A stretch of DNA of 62,978 nt, the filler included, from Octopus bimaculoides (lineage: Eukaryota), in assembly GCF_001194135.2 (NCBI RefSeq). It is 4 parts of 4 records of this genome, joined end to end, with 100 filler letters (N's around TTAATTAATTAA, not from the genome) between each part and the next. Parts side by side here need not be neighbours in the genome. Positions count along the whole stretch, not along the records: positions 1 to 25,221 come from NC_068981.1; 3 more parts are not named here. One strand, written 5' to 3'. Positions 13,191 to 25,277 of this stretch are shown in pieces. How positions within the stretch are numbered: the stretch's first letter is position 1; every line of letters begins with the position of its first letter. The notes below the pieces were generated by a model. That model was not told the origin of the DNA, did not search any database, and saw nothing but the letters and a program-made list of their open reading frames with translations. The position numbers and the translations under genes were made by a program.

Positions 13191-15447
13191 CGTCCAAACC
13201 CCACCTGTACGCTGAATGCTATTTTCTTTCGTTTGTTCATTCATTTTCGCCGTTTAGGTGGATTGTTAGAAACCTAGCAGTAGAAAGACAAGACATGCGG
13301 AAAATAAAAATATTTGAAATGATGAACGAGCACGCTGTAAGAGCACACGTCCGACTTCACATTCTGAGTTCAAATTCTGCCGAGGTCGACAGATTGATGT
13401 TCATGTAAAACATTCCTGGTTAGAAACTCTCTGTCTATTACAAGCAGCAAACTGACACTAAGATGGGCAAAGGTCAAGTAAAACATTCCGATTTGAAATA
13501 TTTCTATCTATAATAAGCAGCATTAGATCTGCAGGTAAGATTTATTTGTTCCAAATAAAATGTAGGATAATCTATACATGTTAGATTATACAAAATATTT
13601 TCAAGAACAAGTCTGCCCAAAAGTATCTGCTGTACAGAACTACAGTAGACCAATAGCCATTTCTAAAGTGCCAAGAACCTGTAATTGTGAAACAATAAAT
13701 TCATTGTTTTTAAGCGACCAGATTTGTTATACAACTAGAATATCTAATACCTAGTCAGCATCTAACGTGTCAGAATTCACTGGGTATAGCTCAAATTACA
13801 GCTAATAATGAGTTCTTGCTCGTTATATTTTCTCACACGTTTAGATAAACGAGCCAATGAAAGAACTTCTATATCATCGTCCGATAAGAGTATTGTATAC
13901 CTGAGAAAAGGCGGGATGGTCATGGCGTGAATCTTTTCTGTCATGGATCTTCTTAGTCAGAGCCGAGTTAAGGCTGAATAGCAACAACAAGTTCTAGACA
14001 TCGGCCAATGAAGGTGCCTTTATGTGATCACTCAATTCGTTAGAAATGGCAGTCAAGTTACCTTCAAATTACAGCTTGCCGTCTAATAAAAAATGGAGCT
14101 TTTTTTAGTTTTATATCAGGAAAAAGACGGTACAGTCATGGCTGGAGTGCCTTGAACCATGGATCTCCGATTAGGGCTGACCTGGCACTACACGGCAGCA
14201 ATGTTTGGACAAATGTAAATCACTTAACTGCGACCACAAAGCAATTACTGATAGTAAAGAGACTATCATTAATCGACAAACCACTGAGTTACATAACACT
14301 GTTCTAGCTGTTCTCAAGTATGAAGCCAACGATGTGTAACTATAAAAGAGAAAGTCACCAATAGATTAGGTATTGTCACGGTATATAACGCATATTCCCA
14401 CACACACACACACACGCACACGCACACACGCGCACGCACACGTATGCACATACTGCATTGATAATCCTAATCATTGCTGATGGATGTAGCTGATTTGGGA
14501 TAGTCAAGCAATTGGCTCTATTTATCACACTTGCGCAAAGTAAATAGATATTGATTACTTAATTGATTGGTTCTTTTTGTTTTTTTTTATTTTCATCGGT
14601 AGAAAGGAAATCCAACTGTAATATACCAGCAGGTGATATTCACTCCTATATATATCACTTAACTATAATACATTTCCAGAATTTTCTCTCCTTCAAATAG
14701 TGTTACGCACAATGCTTCGTGTAATTCTCTACACCTCATATACATCTTCAATGCAACACTTGCTATAATACTCACCACAACACTCCACAGCAACTCTCTT
14801 CATCTTTTGTCTTTCAATACAACACTCCACATAACACTACATACAAACCATCTTTCGTCTTACAACACAGCATTCTATACATACACAGTTTTATCACTCA
14901 GGCCACATTATGTATAACACTCCACGCACCAAATGACAACTTGTTTTGTGGTTAACCCAACAGAAGAATTTACAGGAGGTCTGGATTTCAATTGGAGCAG
15001 GCGATGAGAAAACAACAGTTTAATAGCGTTGCTCCAATATGGCCACAGCCTTTGAGAATTAACACATAAAGGAATAAAGGAATGCCACTCTACACGCAAT
15101 ATACATTATCCTTCAGAATATCATTCTACATACCGTTTCAATACAATCTTACACATCACGCTGCACAAACCAATCGTCAAATAACACATACCAAAACGAG
15201 ACAGACCAAGAAGCTTCTAGGCGGTCAATTGGCCTGCTAGAAATATCAGCCAAATCTCGCTCAAATCACTGTCTTGAAAATGGATGCAATGAACTGTGTA
15301 GTCGGAGTACACTATTCTAAAGAAAACAGTAATAATAAAACCCGGAATGTCTATAGCTGGAGTATAAGTCTGCTCAATCATGATCGAGTTATTGCCTGTT
15401 AAACAGCGACAAACACCAAATATAATATTCTATGAAAAGCGACAAGG

Positions 15448-15640
15448 TGGCAGGACCGTTAGTACATCGGAGATAATATTTAGCGGCATTTCTTCTGGCT
15501 ATTTACGTTCCGAGTTCAAATTCCGCCAAGGTCGACTTTGCCTTTCATCCTTTCGGGTTCGATGAAATAAATACCAGTCAAACACTAGGGTCAATGTAAT
15601 CGACTTACCCCCACCAAAAATGTTACTGGTCTTGTGCCAA
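15448..15640 (+). mobile_element. SINE family D copy (diverged)
   Basis: GTTCAAATTCCGCCAAGGTCGACTTTGCCTTTCATCCTTTCGGG core shared with 21058-21245, 37937-38148 and 49862-50074. Confidence 0.7.
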
Positions 15641-15648
15641 CATTTGAA

Positions 15649-15690
<42 letters not shown>

Positions 15691-15702
15691 GTTATTATTA
15701 TT

Positions 15703-16517
15703 GAGTGAGAGAGCAGCTCATGACATCAAAGAGACACTGGAGTACAAATATATGAAGCCCAATACACCCACCATGATTACCCGTCTGATAAAGGATACAT
15801 TAGGCATATGCATCACAATCATATGTGTGCAACATGGTGATTTCATATCCTGATAAACAGCGCATATCCTTGCAGTTGGAGTTCAATTAGACTTTTCTTC
15901 AGGTCGAGTAGCCCTTCCCGCTCAAAAGGTCCATGATTAAGGGTTGTTTAAGGATGTTGAACGAAACACCTATGTTTCCAAAGGTGAATTATTCAAACCC
16001 CAAAGAATTCCTCTCAACACATGGCTATTATGCTCCCATCACTACTTCTGCTCGTGATAAGAGATGTACGTATCATCAACCACTAAGGGACATGTTCAAT
16101 TGGTTAAGGTCAAACAGCTAACAAGCAAATCTGTGATATTGAGCAGAATATTTGCTGTAGCCTATTATTATTATTATTATTATTATTATGCCCAGACAGT
16201 GGCTCTCTCGGTTTCTGATCTTAACTGACTGGAAGTGTTATCATGTACATTGTTTTGTCTTGGTATAAAAAGATGGGCTACAACAAAATATTCTGCTCAA
16301 TACCACAGATTTACTTGTCAGTTGTTTGACCTTAACCAGATGAGCATTTCCTTAGTGGCTGATGATATGTACATCTCTGATCACGAGCAGAAGTAGTGAG
16401 GGAGCATCATGGCCATGCGTTGAGAGGAATTCTTTGCGGTTTGAATAATTTATCTCTGGAAACATGGGTGTTTCATTCAACATCCTTAAACAACCCTTAT
16501 TCACGGACCTATTATTA

Positions 16518-16557
<40 letters not shown>

Positions 16558-16580
16558 CATCATCATCATCACTACTACTA

Positions 16581-16627
<47 letters not shown>

Positions 16628-16675
16628 ACTACTACTACTACTACTATTATTATTGAGTGAGAGAGCAGTGCATGC

Positions 16676-16680
<5 letters not shown>
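15703..16680. mobile_element. (TAT)n-embedded interspersed element, present as forward copy + inverted partial copy + 5' stub
   Basis: 15928-16162 is the reverse complement of 16276-16509 (about 85% by eye). The start ATTGAGTGAGAGAGCAG occurs at about 15700 and again at about 16652. Every junction is a (TAT)n tract. Confidence 0.7.
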
Positions 16681-16746
<66 letters not shown>

Positions 16747-17689
16747 NNNNNNNNNNNNNNNNNNNNNNNNNNNNNNNNNNNNNNNNNNNNNNNNNNNNNN
16801 NNNNNNNNNNNNNNNNNNNNNNNNNNNNNNNNNNNNNNNNNNNNNNNNNNNNNNNNNNNNNNNNNNNNNNNNNNNNNNNNNNNNNNNNNNNNNNNNNNNN
16901 NNNNNNNNNNNNNNNNNNNNNNNNNNNNNNNNNNNNNNNNNNNNNNNNNNNNNNNNNNNNNNNNNNNNNNNNNNNNNNNNNNNNNNNNNNNNNNNNNNNN
17001 NNNNNNNNNNNNNNNNNNNNNNNNNNNNNNNNNNNNNNNNNNNNNNNNNNNNNNNNNNNNNNNNNNNNNNNNNNNNNNNNNNNNNNNNGGGACCCCTTGA
17101 AAATTCCACATTTCATTAACGCTGTTATTTTCTATTTTGATGTATAAATTTATGAATTTTCATAGCATTGATTCATGTTAAAAATCTTGATTATGTCTTC
17201 GATTTCATTCCATAATGGAAATCGAAAGCGTAGTTAATTCCATATATAAAACTTCTTATTATGTCACCTATCTTCTTCCCTAGTTAAAATGAATTAAAAG
17301 TAATGCTCGAATTTGTGTATGTGTTAAAAAAATGTTAATTACTTCTTTGATTTCGTTCCGTAGTCAAGCTATACGAGCGCTGTAACAAGCAGAAGTGAAT
17401 AGTCGAACGGAAGGGAAGTAACTCCAACGATAAGAGACTGCTGGTGGTCATGGCGGAGGTGTTGATGTGGTGTGGTGGATAAGGCTAGATGAGGAGGGAA
17501 AATCAACAATAAACGATAGAGAGAGAGAGGGTGAGAGTGAGAAAAGATATGCATGTATATATATAAAGAGAGAGAAGGAGAGAGAAAGAGAGAGAGCGAG
17601 CATACATCAGAAAGAAAGGGAAAAGGGTGAAAATAAAAGAAAGTAGAAAATGACGTTTGTGGTATTGTCCATGATTTAGTTGTTACTAG

Positions 17690-17810
17690 TAGTGAAGATG
17701 GTGGCGGAGGTAACGATGGTGGTGGAGATAGTGGTGGTGGTGGTGGTGGTGGTGGTGGTAGTAGTAGCAGCAGCAATAGCAGCAGTAGTAGTAGTAGTAG
17801 TAGTAGTAGT

Positions 17811-17842
<32 letters not shown>

Positions 17843-18508
17843 TAGTAGCAGCAGCAGTAGAAGTNNNNNNNNNNNNNNNNNNNNNNNNNNNNNNNNNNNN
17901 NNNNNNNNNNNNNNNNNNNNNNNNNNNNNNNNNNNNNNNNNNNNNNNNNNNNNNNNNNNNNNNNNNNNNNNNNNNNNNNNNNNNNNNNNNNNNNNNNNNN
18001 NNNNNNNNNNNNNNNNNNNNNNNNNNNNNNNNNNNNNNNNNNNNNNNNNNNNNNNNNNNNNNNNNNNNNNNNNNNNNNNNNNNNNNNNNNNNNNNNNNNN
18101 NNNNNNNNNNNNNNNNNNNNNNNNNNNNNNNNNNNNNNNNNNNNNNNNNNNNNNNNNNNNNNNNNNNNNNNNNNNNNNNNNNNNNNNNNNNNNNNNNNNN
18201 NNNNNNNNNNNNNNNNNNNNNNNNNNNNNNNNNNNNNNNNNNNNNNNNNNNNNNNNNNNNNNNNNNNNNNNNNNNNNNNNNNNNNNNNNNNNNNNNNNNN
18301 NNNNNNNNNNNNNNNNNNNNNNNNNNNNNNNNNNNNNNNNNNNNNNNNNNNNNNNNNNNNNNNNNNNNNNNNNNNNNNNNNNNNNNNNNNNNNNNNNNNN
18401 NNNNNNNNNNNNNNNNNNNNNNNNNNNNNNNNNNNNNNNNNNNNNNNNNNNNNNNNNNNNNNNNNNNNNNNNNNNNNNNNNNNNNNNNNNNNNNNNNNNN
18501 NNNNNNNN

Positions 18509-18580
<72 letters not shown>

Positions 18581-18840
18581 CGACGACGGCGGCGGCGACG
18601 GTGAAGTTTGTTATTGTAGTGGTTGTTATATACAGGTGGTGACGGTAGTGGTTGTTCGTTTGTTGTTAGGTAGGTCATAGCAGTAGTGGTGGTGGTGGTG
18701 ACGGTAAACGTTGTCGACGTTCGTTTGTTGTGGTAACAGCGACAGTAACCATCGGCGACGTTAGTGATGATAACGATGACGTGTTGGTGGTAGTGGTGGT
18801 GGTGGTGGTCGTCGTTGTCGTTACGGCGGTGATGGTGACG
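17690..18840. repeat. Compound trinucleotide microsatellite field (GGT/AGT/AGC) with gap
   Basis: Directly visible. Confidence 0.9.
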
Positions 18841-19234
18841 TTTCATTTATTTATTATTATTAATATTATTATTTTTTTTTGTGGGGTTTTCTCTAATATA
18901 GTTTTATGGTAATTCAAAGAGCTTATAATATACTAAAAATACATGAAGCTGACTCCACATGTGCAAAGTTTAATGTATTAATGTATTATTTTTAAAAGTA
19001 CACAACCACTATGGTATTTATCTCACCGAAAGTAGTGGAGAATAAATTTTCGTTATTTGTAAAGATATCTCATTACCATTGTATAAATTTTTTATAATTT
19101 CGAAATTGATATCTCAGATACAAATGATTTCAAATTTGGTATACCTGATTATGTCCTAAATATGAGGATTGACTTTATTTAAAGTAGTTGTTCTCAACCT
19201 GGGTCCATATAGCCCTTAGGGGTCTTCGTAAGAT

Positions 19235-19577
19235 GGTACTTTTTGGTTATCTCAACCCCATTAAAAAAGTTGGGTTATTTCCCCCAACTAAAAAAATTGT
19301 TTAACCCTCAATAAAACAAAAAAAAATGAAAAAATTAATAAACATGAAAAGCGAAAAGATTAAACATCTTATTGAATCTGATAATATTTTTATAACAAAT
19401 CATATTATGCCTATTGAATAGGCCAAAGGTCAACAATGTGTTGAAGTATTCAATCAAAAGGATCCATCCTTTTTAATTCAATCTCTTGTCGTCACATAAA
19501 CTCAATAGTTTAGAGGGGAGATAACCCAATTTTTTAATGGCAATTTTTTAATGGGGGTGAGATAATCAAAAAGTACC
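19235..19577. mobile_element. MITE with GGTAC termini and 8-bp target-site duplication (Merlin-like), nested in a hAT-like MITE
   Basis: TIR GGTACTTTTTG(G/A)TTATCTCA(A/C)CCCCATTAAAAAA at both ends. Flanks CGTAAGAT (19227-19234) and CATAAGAT (19578-19585). The host sequence is continuous with the uninterrupted copy near 6571-6650. Confidence 0.7.
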
Positions 19578-19619
19578 CATAAGATATCGTTGCTAAAAAT
19601 TTATCTGCAAAAAGAAAAT

Positions 19620-20131
19620 GGTTATACTTCCGTGATGCACAAAATATTTTAGTCCCACTGCGTGGCACCTTGGGCAAGTGTCTTCTACTGTAGCCTCGGG
19701 CTGACCAAAGCCTTGTGAGTGGATTTGGTAGATGGAAACTGAAAGAAGCCCGTCGTATATATGTATATATTTATGTTTCCGTTCCTTTTTTGTCCACGTT
19801 TTTTGACGTCCTGTACCCGGATATGCATCTATATGTACATGTAGATGTAGGTATGAACATATATGTATGTATACATGCATATGCTCTTNNNNNNNNNNGT
19901 GTGTGTGTATATGTTTGTGTGTCTGTGTTTGTCCCCCACCCATCGCTTGACAACCGATGCTAGTGTGTTTACGTCCCCGTAACTTAGCGGTTCGGCAAAA
20001 GAAACCGATAGAATAAGTACTTACAAAGAATAAGTCCTTATAAAAAATAAGTCCTGGGGTCGATTTGCTCGACTAAAGGCGATGCTCCAGCATGGCCACA
20101 GTCAAATGACTGAAACAAGTAAAAGAGTAAA
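19620..20131 (+). mobile_element. SINE family C copy with internal (TA)/(TG) microsatellite
   Basis: Contains a CORE-like GTGGCACCTTGGGCAAGT box, a central microsatellite and an AGTAAAAG-repeat tail. Confidence 0.75.
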
Positions 20132-20694
20132 AGAGTTTGTATATGCAATTCCTAATGATATCTGATTATAAAAACAGGATTTTTTAAACATCAGATGGCT
20201 AAGAGGGTTCATCCGTGCAAACTAGGAATCAAAGCAGTCCAGAAACTCTGACTTAAAACATGCTCACCGTTTATAGCAGTAAATCCTAGTAATTTTGTCA
20301 CAAGGCCAGCAATTTTAAGAGGTGGAAGCAAGTTGATTGCATTGACCCTAGTACTTTATTGTTACTTATTTTATCCGCCTCAAAAGGAAAAAAAAAAAAA
20401 AAAAAGAAGCAAAGTCGACTTCTACGGAATTCGAACTCACAGTGTAATGAGTTGGAAGAAATGCTGCTAGGTATTTTGTTTGGTTTGCTAACGATTCTGC
20501 CGAAATAGAAGCAGGAAAGCTTCTATAACACTGATTAAACTTGATTGTTATTGATTTAATATTATCTTTATTGGACATTGTTATGTGAAATACAAAGAAA
20601 GAAAATAAAGGGAAAAAAGAAAAGAAAAGATTTGAAAAATTAACTGACCTCTGAATTGCAAAATGTGAACTGCAGTATATGAATATAAACTAGT

Positions 20695-21005
20695 ACTCCG
20701 TCGGTTACGACGATGACGATTCCAGTTGACCCGATCAACGGAACAACCGGCTCATGAAATCAACGTGCAAGTGGCTGAGCACTCCCACAGACACGCGTAC
20801 CCTTATCGTAGTTTTCAGTGCGATTTGACGTGGCACAGAATGTGGTGAAGCCGACACTTTGAAATACGGGTACTTCTCATTTTTGCCAGCTGGGTGGACT
20901 GGAACAATGCAAATTAAAGTGTCTTGCTCAAGAGACACAACACACCACCGGGAATTGAACTCACGATCGTGAGTCGAATACCCTAACCACTAAGCCACGC
21001 ACCTT
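20695..21005 (-). mobile_element. SINE, head B + tail 1
   Basis: 20695-20820 matches tail 1 (5340-5470). 20880-21005 matches head B of 48420-48757. Confidence 0.7.
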
Positions 21006-21057
21006 CACTAATTCATGGCTGCGTGGTAAAGCTGATCGCTATGCATCTGCGCGGCTT

Positions 21058-21245
21058 CAGGTTTTGGGGGAGGGGGCCAGTCGATCAGATCAACCCCAGT
21101 ACACAACTGGTACTTAATTTATCGACCCCGAAAGGATGAAAGGTAAAGTCGATTTCGGCGGAATTTGAACTCAGAACGTAACGGCAGACGAAATACCGCT
21201 AAGCGTTTCGTCCGGCGTGCTAACGTTTCTGCCAGCTCGCCGCCT
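21058..21245 (-). mobile_element. SINE family D copy
   Basis: Reverse complement of GGCGAGCTGGCAGAAACGTTAGCACG...GTTCAAATTCCGCC...; close to 49862-50074. Confidence 0.8.
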
Positions 21246-22355
21246 TAACTCATGGTCAAACTAACACTGCATAGCTAAAAAAATATATATGGATCCTCCG
21301 TCACTTTTAACGATGCGTAACTTAACTGTTCGATTAACTGAGTTACTTGCTCATTGAATTAGCTTGTAAATTGTTAAATATCGCAGAACACGTGTACCTT
21401 TAACGTAATTCTCGGGCCGAACCAACAAGAAATTTGTTTGGGATAAGGCTGGGCCTTTCAAATACAGACACAGTCTAATCAGCGAGCTTCCACTGATTTT
21501 ATTATTATTTTCTATTTAACCAATTTCACTTATAAAGTATGGATTGACCCGAAGCTATATTAAAAGTAAATGTCATGCAATGGTATCGAACCTGGGACTC
21601 TGCCAAGACCATTTTTGAACAGCACACTGCTAAAACTACTTTTGAATAGGTTACGCGATACAGCGGTGAGACAAACCACCCAGCAGATAGGATAGCAAAG
21701 AGCCTTATCATCGAACAATATCAACCACAGTAGCACAACAAAAACAAAATATGCTTGAAGCGTAAACATAATGGACTCCAGAAAACACTTCAGATATGCT
21801 ATTTATTAATGGTTCCCTGCATTCTCCTTTTACATATATGTACAAATAAATATTTTGAATGTTCGCAAGAAAGACTCCACGTTTGCACTTGACACGGCCC
21901 TGCCAATGAGCCACGGAGTAACTCTGCAGCCGCCAATAGAAGCGAACATCTTAAGACAAATCAATGATATTTCAAGATCACATCTGCAATAGGGAAGCGT
22001 ATGCAAGCAACATACTGACAAACTAACATGTCAACATATTCATATAATAATAGGTACATAGTTATACAGCGTACATGCATACACATAAGCGTATACGCGT
22101 ATAGTTATTCAACCATACTGCCCTTCATTCTTATATATCGATGATATTTAGACAAGGAATTCATGCTCATTTAGCTCACTTATATGGGTATGCATGTAAT
22201 GAGAAATGTATCAAAGGCTCTATGTCTGTGAATGCGCGCGCGCGCGCACACACACACACACACACACAAACACATATACACACATACATCCATACAAACG
22301 CACAAACACAAGCACACACGCAGACACACAAGCATACGCATATATATATAAATAC

Positions 22356-22389
<34 letters not shown>

Positions 22390-22840
22390 NNNNNNNNNNN
22401 NNNNNNNNNNNNNNNNNNNNNNNNNNNNNNNNNNNNNNNNNNNNNNNNNNNNNNNNNNNNNNNNNNNNNNNNNNNNNNNNNNNNNNNNNNNNNNNNNNNN
22501 NNNNNNNNNNNNNNNNNNNNNNNNNNNNNNNNNNNNNNNNNNNNNNNNNNNNNNNNNNNNNNNNNNNNNNNNNNNNNNNNNNNNNNNNNNNNNNNNNNNN
22601 NNNNNNNNNNNNNNNNNNNNNNNNNNNNNNNNNNNNNNNNNNNNNNNNNNNNNNNNNNNNNNNNNNNNNNNNNNNNNNNNNNNNNNNNNNNNNNNNNNNN
22701 NNNNNNNNNNNNNNNNNNNNNNNNNNNNNNNNNNNNNNNNNNNNNNNNNNNNNNNNNNNNNNNNNNNNNNNNNNNNNNNNNNNNNNNNNNNNNNNNNNNN
22801 NNNNNNNNNNNNNNNNNNNNNNNNNNNNNNNNNNNNGTAT

Positions 22841-22885
<45 letters not shown>

Positions 22886-22954
22886 TATATACACATATAC
22901 ATATATACATATGCATATATAGATGGATAGACAGACAGCGGACGGACGGACAGG

Positions 22955-23060
<106 letters not shown>

Positions 23061-23702
23061 TACATACATGCATACATATCTGTTTATACACACTCATACA
23101 ACCACACACACGCAACTACACACACACACATCAAAGGATCGAGTTTAGTCACACACGGTGTCACGCTGATTCTGCTCGAAAATTCCATTGGAGTCACATG
23201 TGACTGTGAAACGGTCATTCACTTCATACGATAATTTAACTAGCTGGCAGTTCAGTCGGTCGATCAACTGGAATAATCATCGTCGATATCGACGGAGATC
23301 AACAAGTCAGCCACATCTTCATTAAATGCCCATGGGAACAGATGAGTATTCAAAGCGCATATGCAACCCTTACTTCAATTATCAGGTAGAGTCAATGGAA
23401 CACATAACCCAACAGGGCTGAATCTTTGAGCTGCAAGTAGAGATTATACCCTGCGATGCCGAACAGTTTCCATTTACTCATTTTCACCAACAAATCTTGG
23501 GTTTATCCAAGCTTATGGTAAAAAGACGCTTGTCAAAGATGCCTTTTATTGGAATTGAAATCGGAACCTCATGAGAGCTACCATAGTTTTGCAGAACAAC
23601 AAAGAGCTTATCAACATATATAACTACAAAGAAAATGTACACCCACATATTCATATAGACAATCATACAACTACGATTTCAGATACACATGTACGTATAC
23701 AT

Positions 23703-23761
<59 letters not shown>

Positions 23762-24749
23762 NNNNNNNNNNNNNNNNNNNNNNNNNNNNNNNNNNNNNNN
23801 NNNNNNNNNNNNNNNNNNNNNNNNNNNNNNNNNNNNNNNNNNNNNNNNNNNNNNNNNNNNNNNNNNNNNNNNNNNNNNNNNNNNNNNNNNNNNNNNNNNN
23901 NNNNNNNNNNNNNNNNNNNNNNNNNNNNNNNNNNNNNNNNNNNNNNNNNNNNNNNNNNNNNNNNNNNNNNNNNNNNNNNNNNNNNNNNNNNNNNNNNNNN
24001 NNNNNNNNNNNNNNNNNNNNNNNNNNNNNNNNNNNNNNNNNNNNNNNNNNNNNNNNNNNNNNNNNNNNNNNNNNNNNNNNNNNNNNNNNNNNNNNNNNNN
24101 NNNNNNNNNNNNNNNNNNNNNNNNNNNNNNNNNNNNNNNNNNNNNNNNNNNNNNNNNNNNNNNNNNNNNNNNNNNNNNNNNNNNNNNNNNNNNNNNNNNN
24201 NNNNNNNNNNNNNNNNNNNNNNNNNNNNNNNNNNNNNNNNNNNNNNNNNNNNNNNNNNNNNNNNNNNNNNNNNNNNNNNNNNNNNNNNNNNNNNNNNNNN
24301 NNNNNNNNNNNNNNNNNNNNNNNNNNNNNNNNNNNNNNNNNNNNNNNNNNNNNNNNNNNNNNNNNNNNNNNNNNNNNNNNNNNNNNNNNNNNNNNNNNNN
24401 NNNNNNNNNNNNNNNNNNNNNNNNNNNNNNNNNNNNNNNNNNNNNNNNNNNNNNNNNNNNNNNNNNNNNNNNNNNNNNNNNNNNNNNNNNNNNNNNNNNN
24501 NNNNNNNNNNNNNNNNNNNNNNNNNNNNNNNNNNNNNNNNNNNNNNNNNNNNNNNNNNNNNNNNNNNNNNNNNNNNNNNNNNNNNNNNNNNNNNNNNNNN
24601 NNNNNNNNNNNNNNNNNNNNNNNNNNNNNNNNNNNNNNNNNNNNNNNNNNNNNNNNNNNNNNNNNNNNNNNNNNNNNNNNNNNNNNNNNNNNNNNNNNNN
24701 NNNNNNNNNNNNNNNNNNNNNNNNNNNNNNNNNNNNNNNNNNNNNNNNN

Positions 24750-24807
<58 letters not shown>

Positions 24808-24888
24808 CATATATATGAATGTGCATATATATATCTATATATATGTATGTACATATACATATACACATATATGTGTACATGTGTCTAC

Positions 24889-24921
<33 letters not shown>

Positions 24922-25025
24922 TATGCATACGTACATATACACACACTTATAGATAAATATGCACACATACATGAACGAGCACACACACGCATGCTCATAC
25001 ACATACGCACACGCGCGCGCACAGT

Positions 25026-25058
<33 letters not shown>

Positions 25059-25155
25059 ACAGCTTTCTAATCACAGGCAGATTCATGCAACCACTCAGTC
25101 TTTATACCGCCATTGAATTCCGCTAAACAGTAGCATCTACACACATAAATACGCA

Positions 25156-25221
<66 letters not shown>

Positions 25222-25265
25222 NNNNNNNNNNNNNNNNNNNNNNNNNNNNNNNNNNNNNNNNNNNN

Positions 25266-25277
25266 TTAATTAATTAA
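25266..25277. other. Assembly linker TTAATTAATTAA inside a 100-bp gap (also 33199-33210 and 54258-54269)
   Basis: Each occurrence has 44 N on both sides. The 12-mer gives stop codons in all six frames. Confidence 0.9.
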
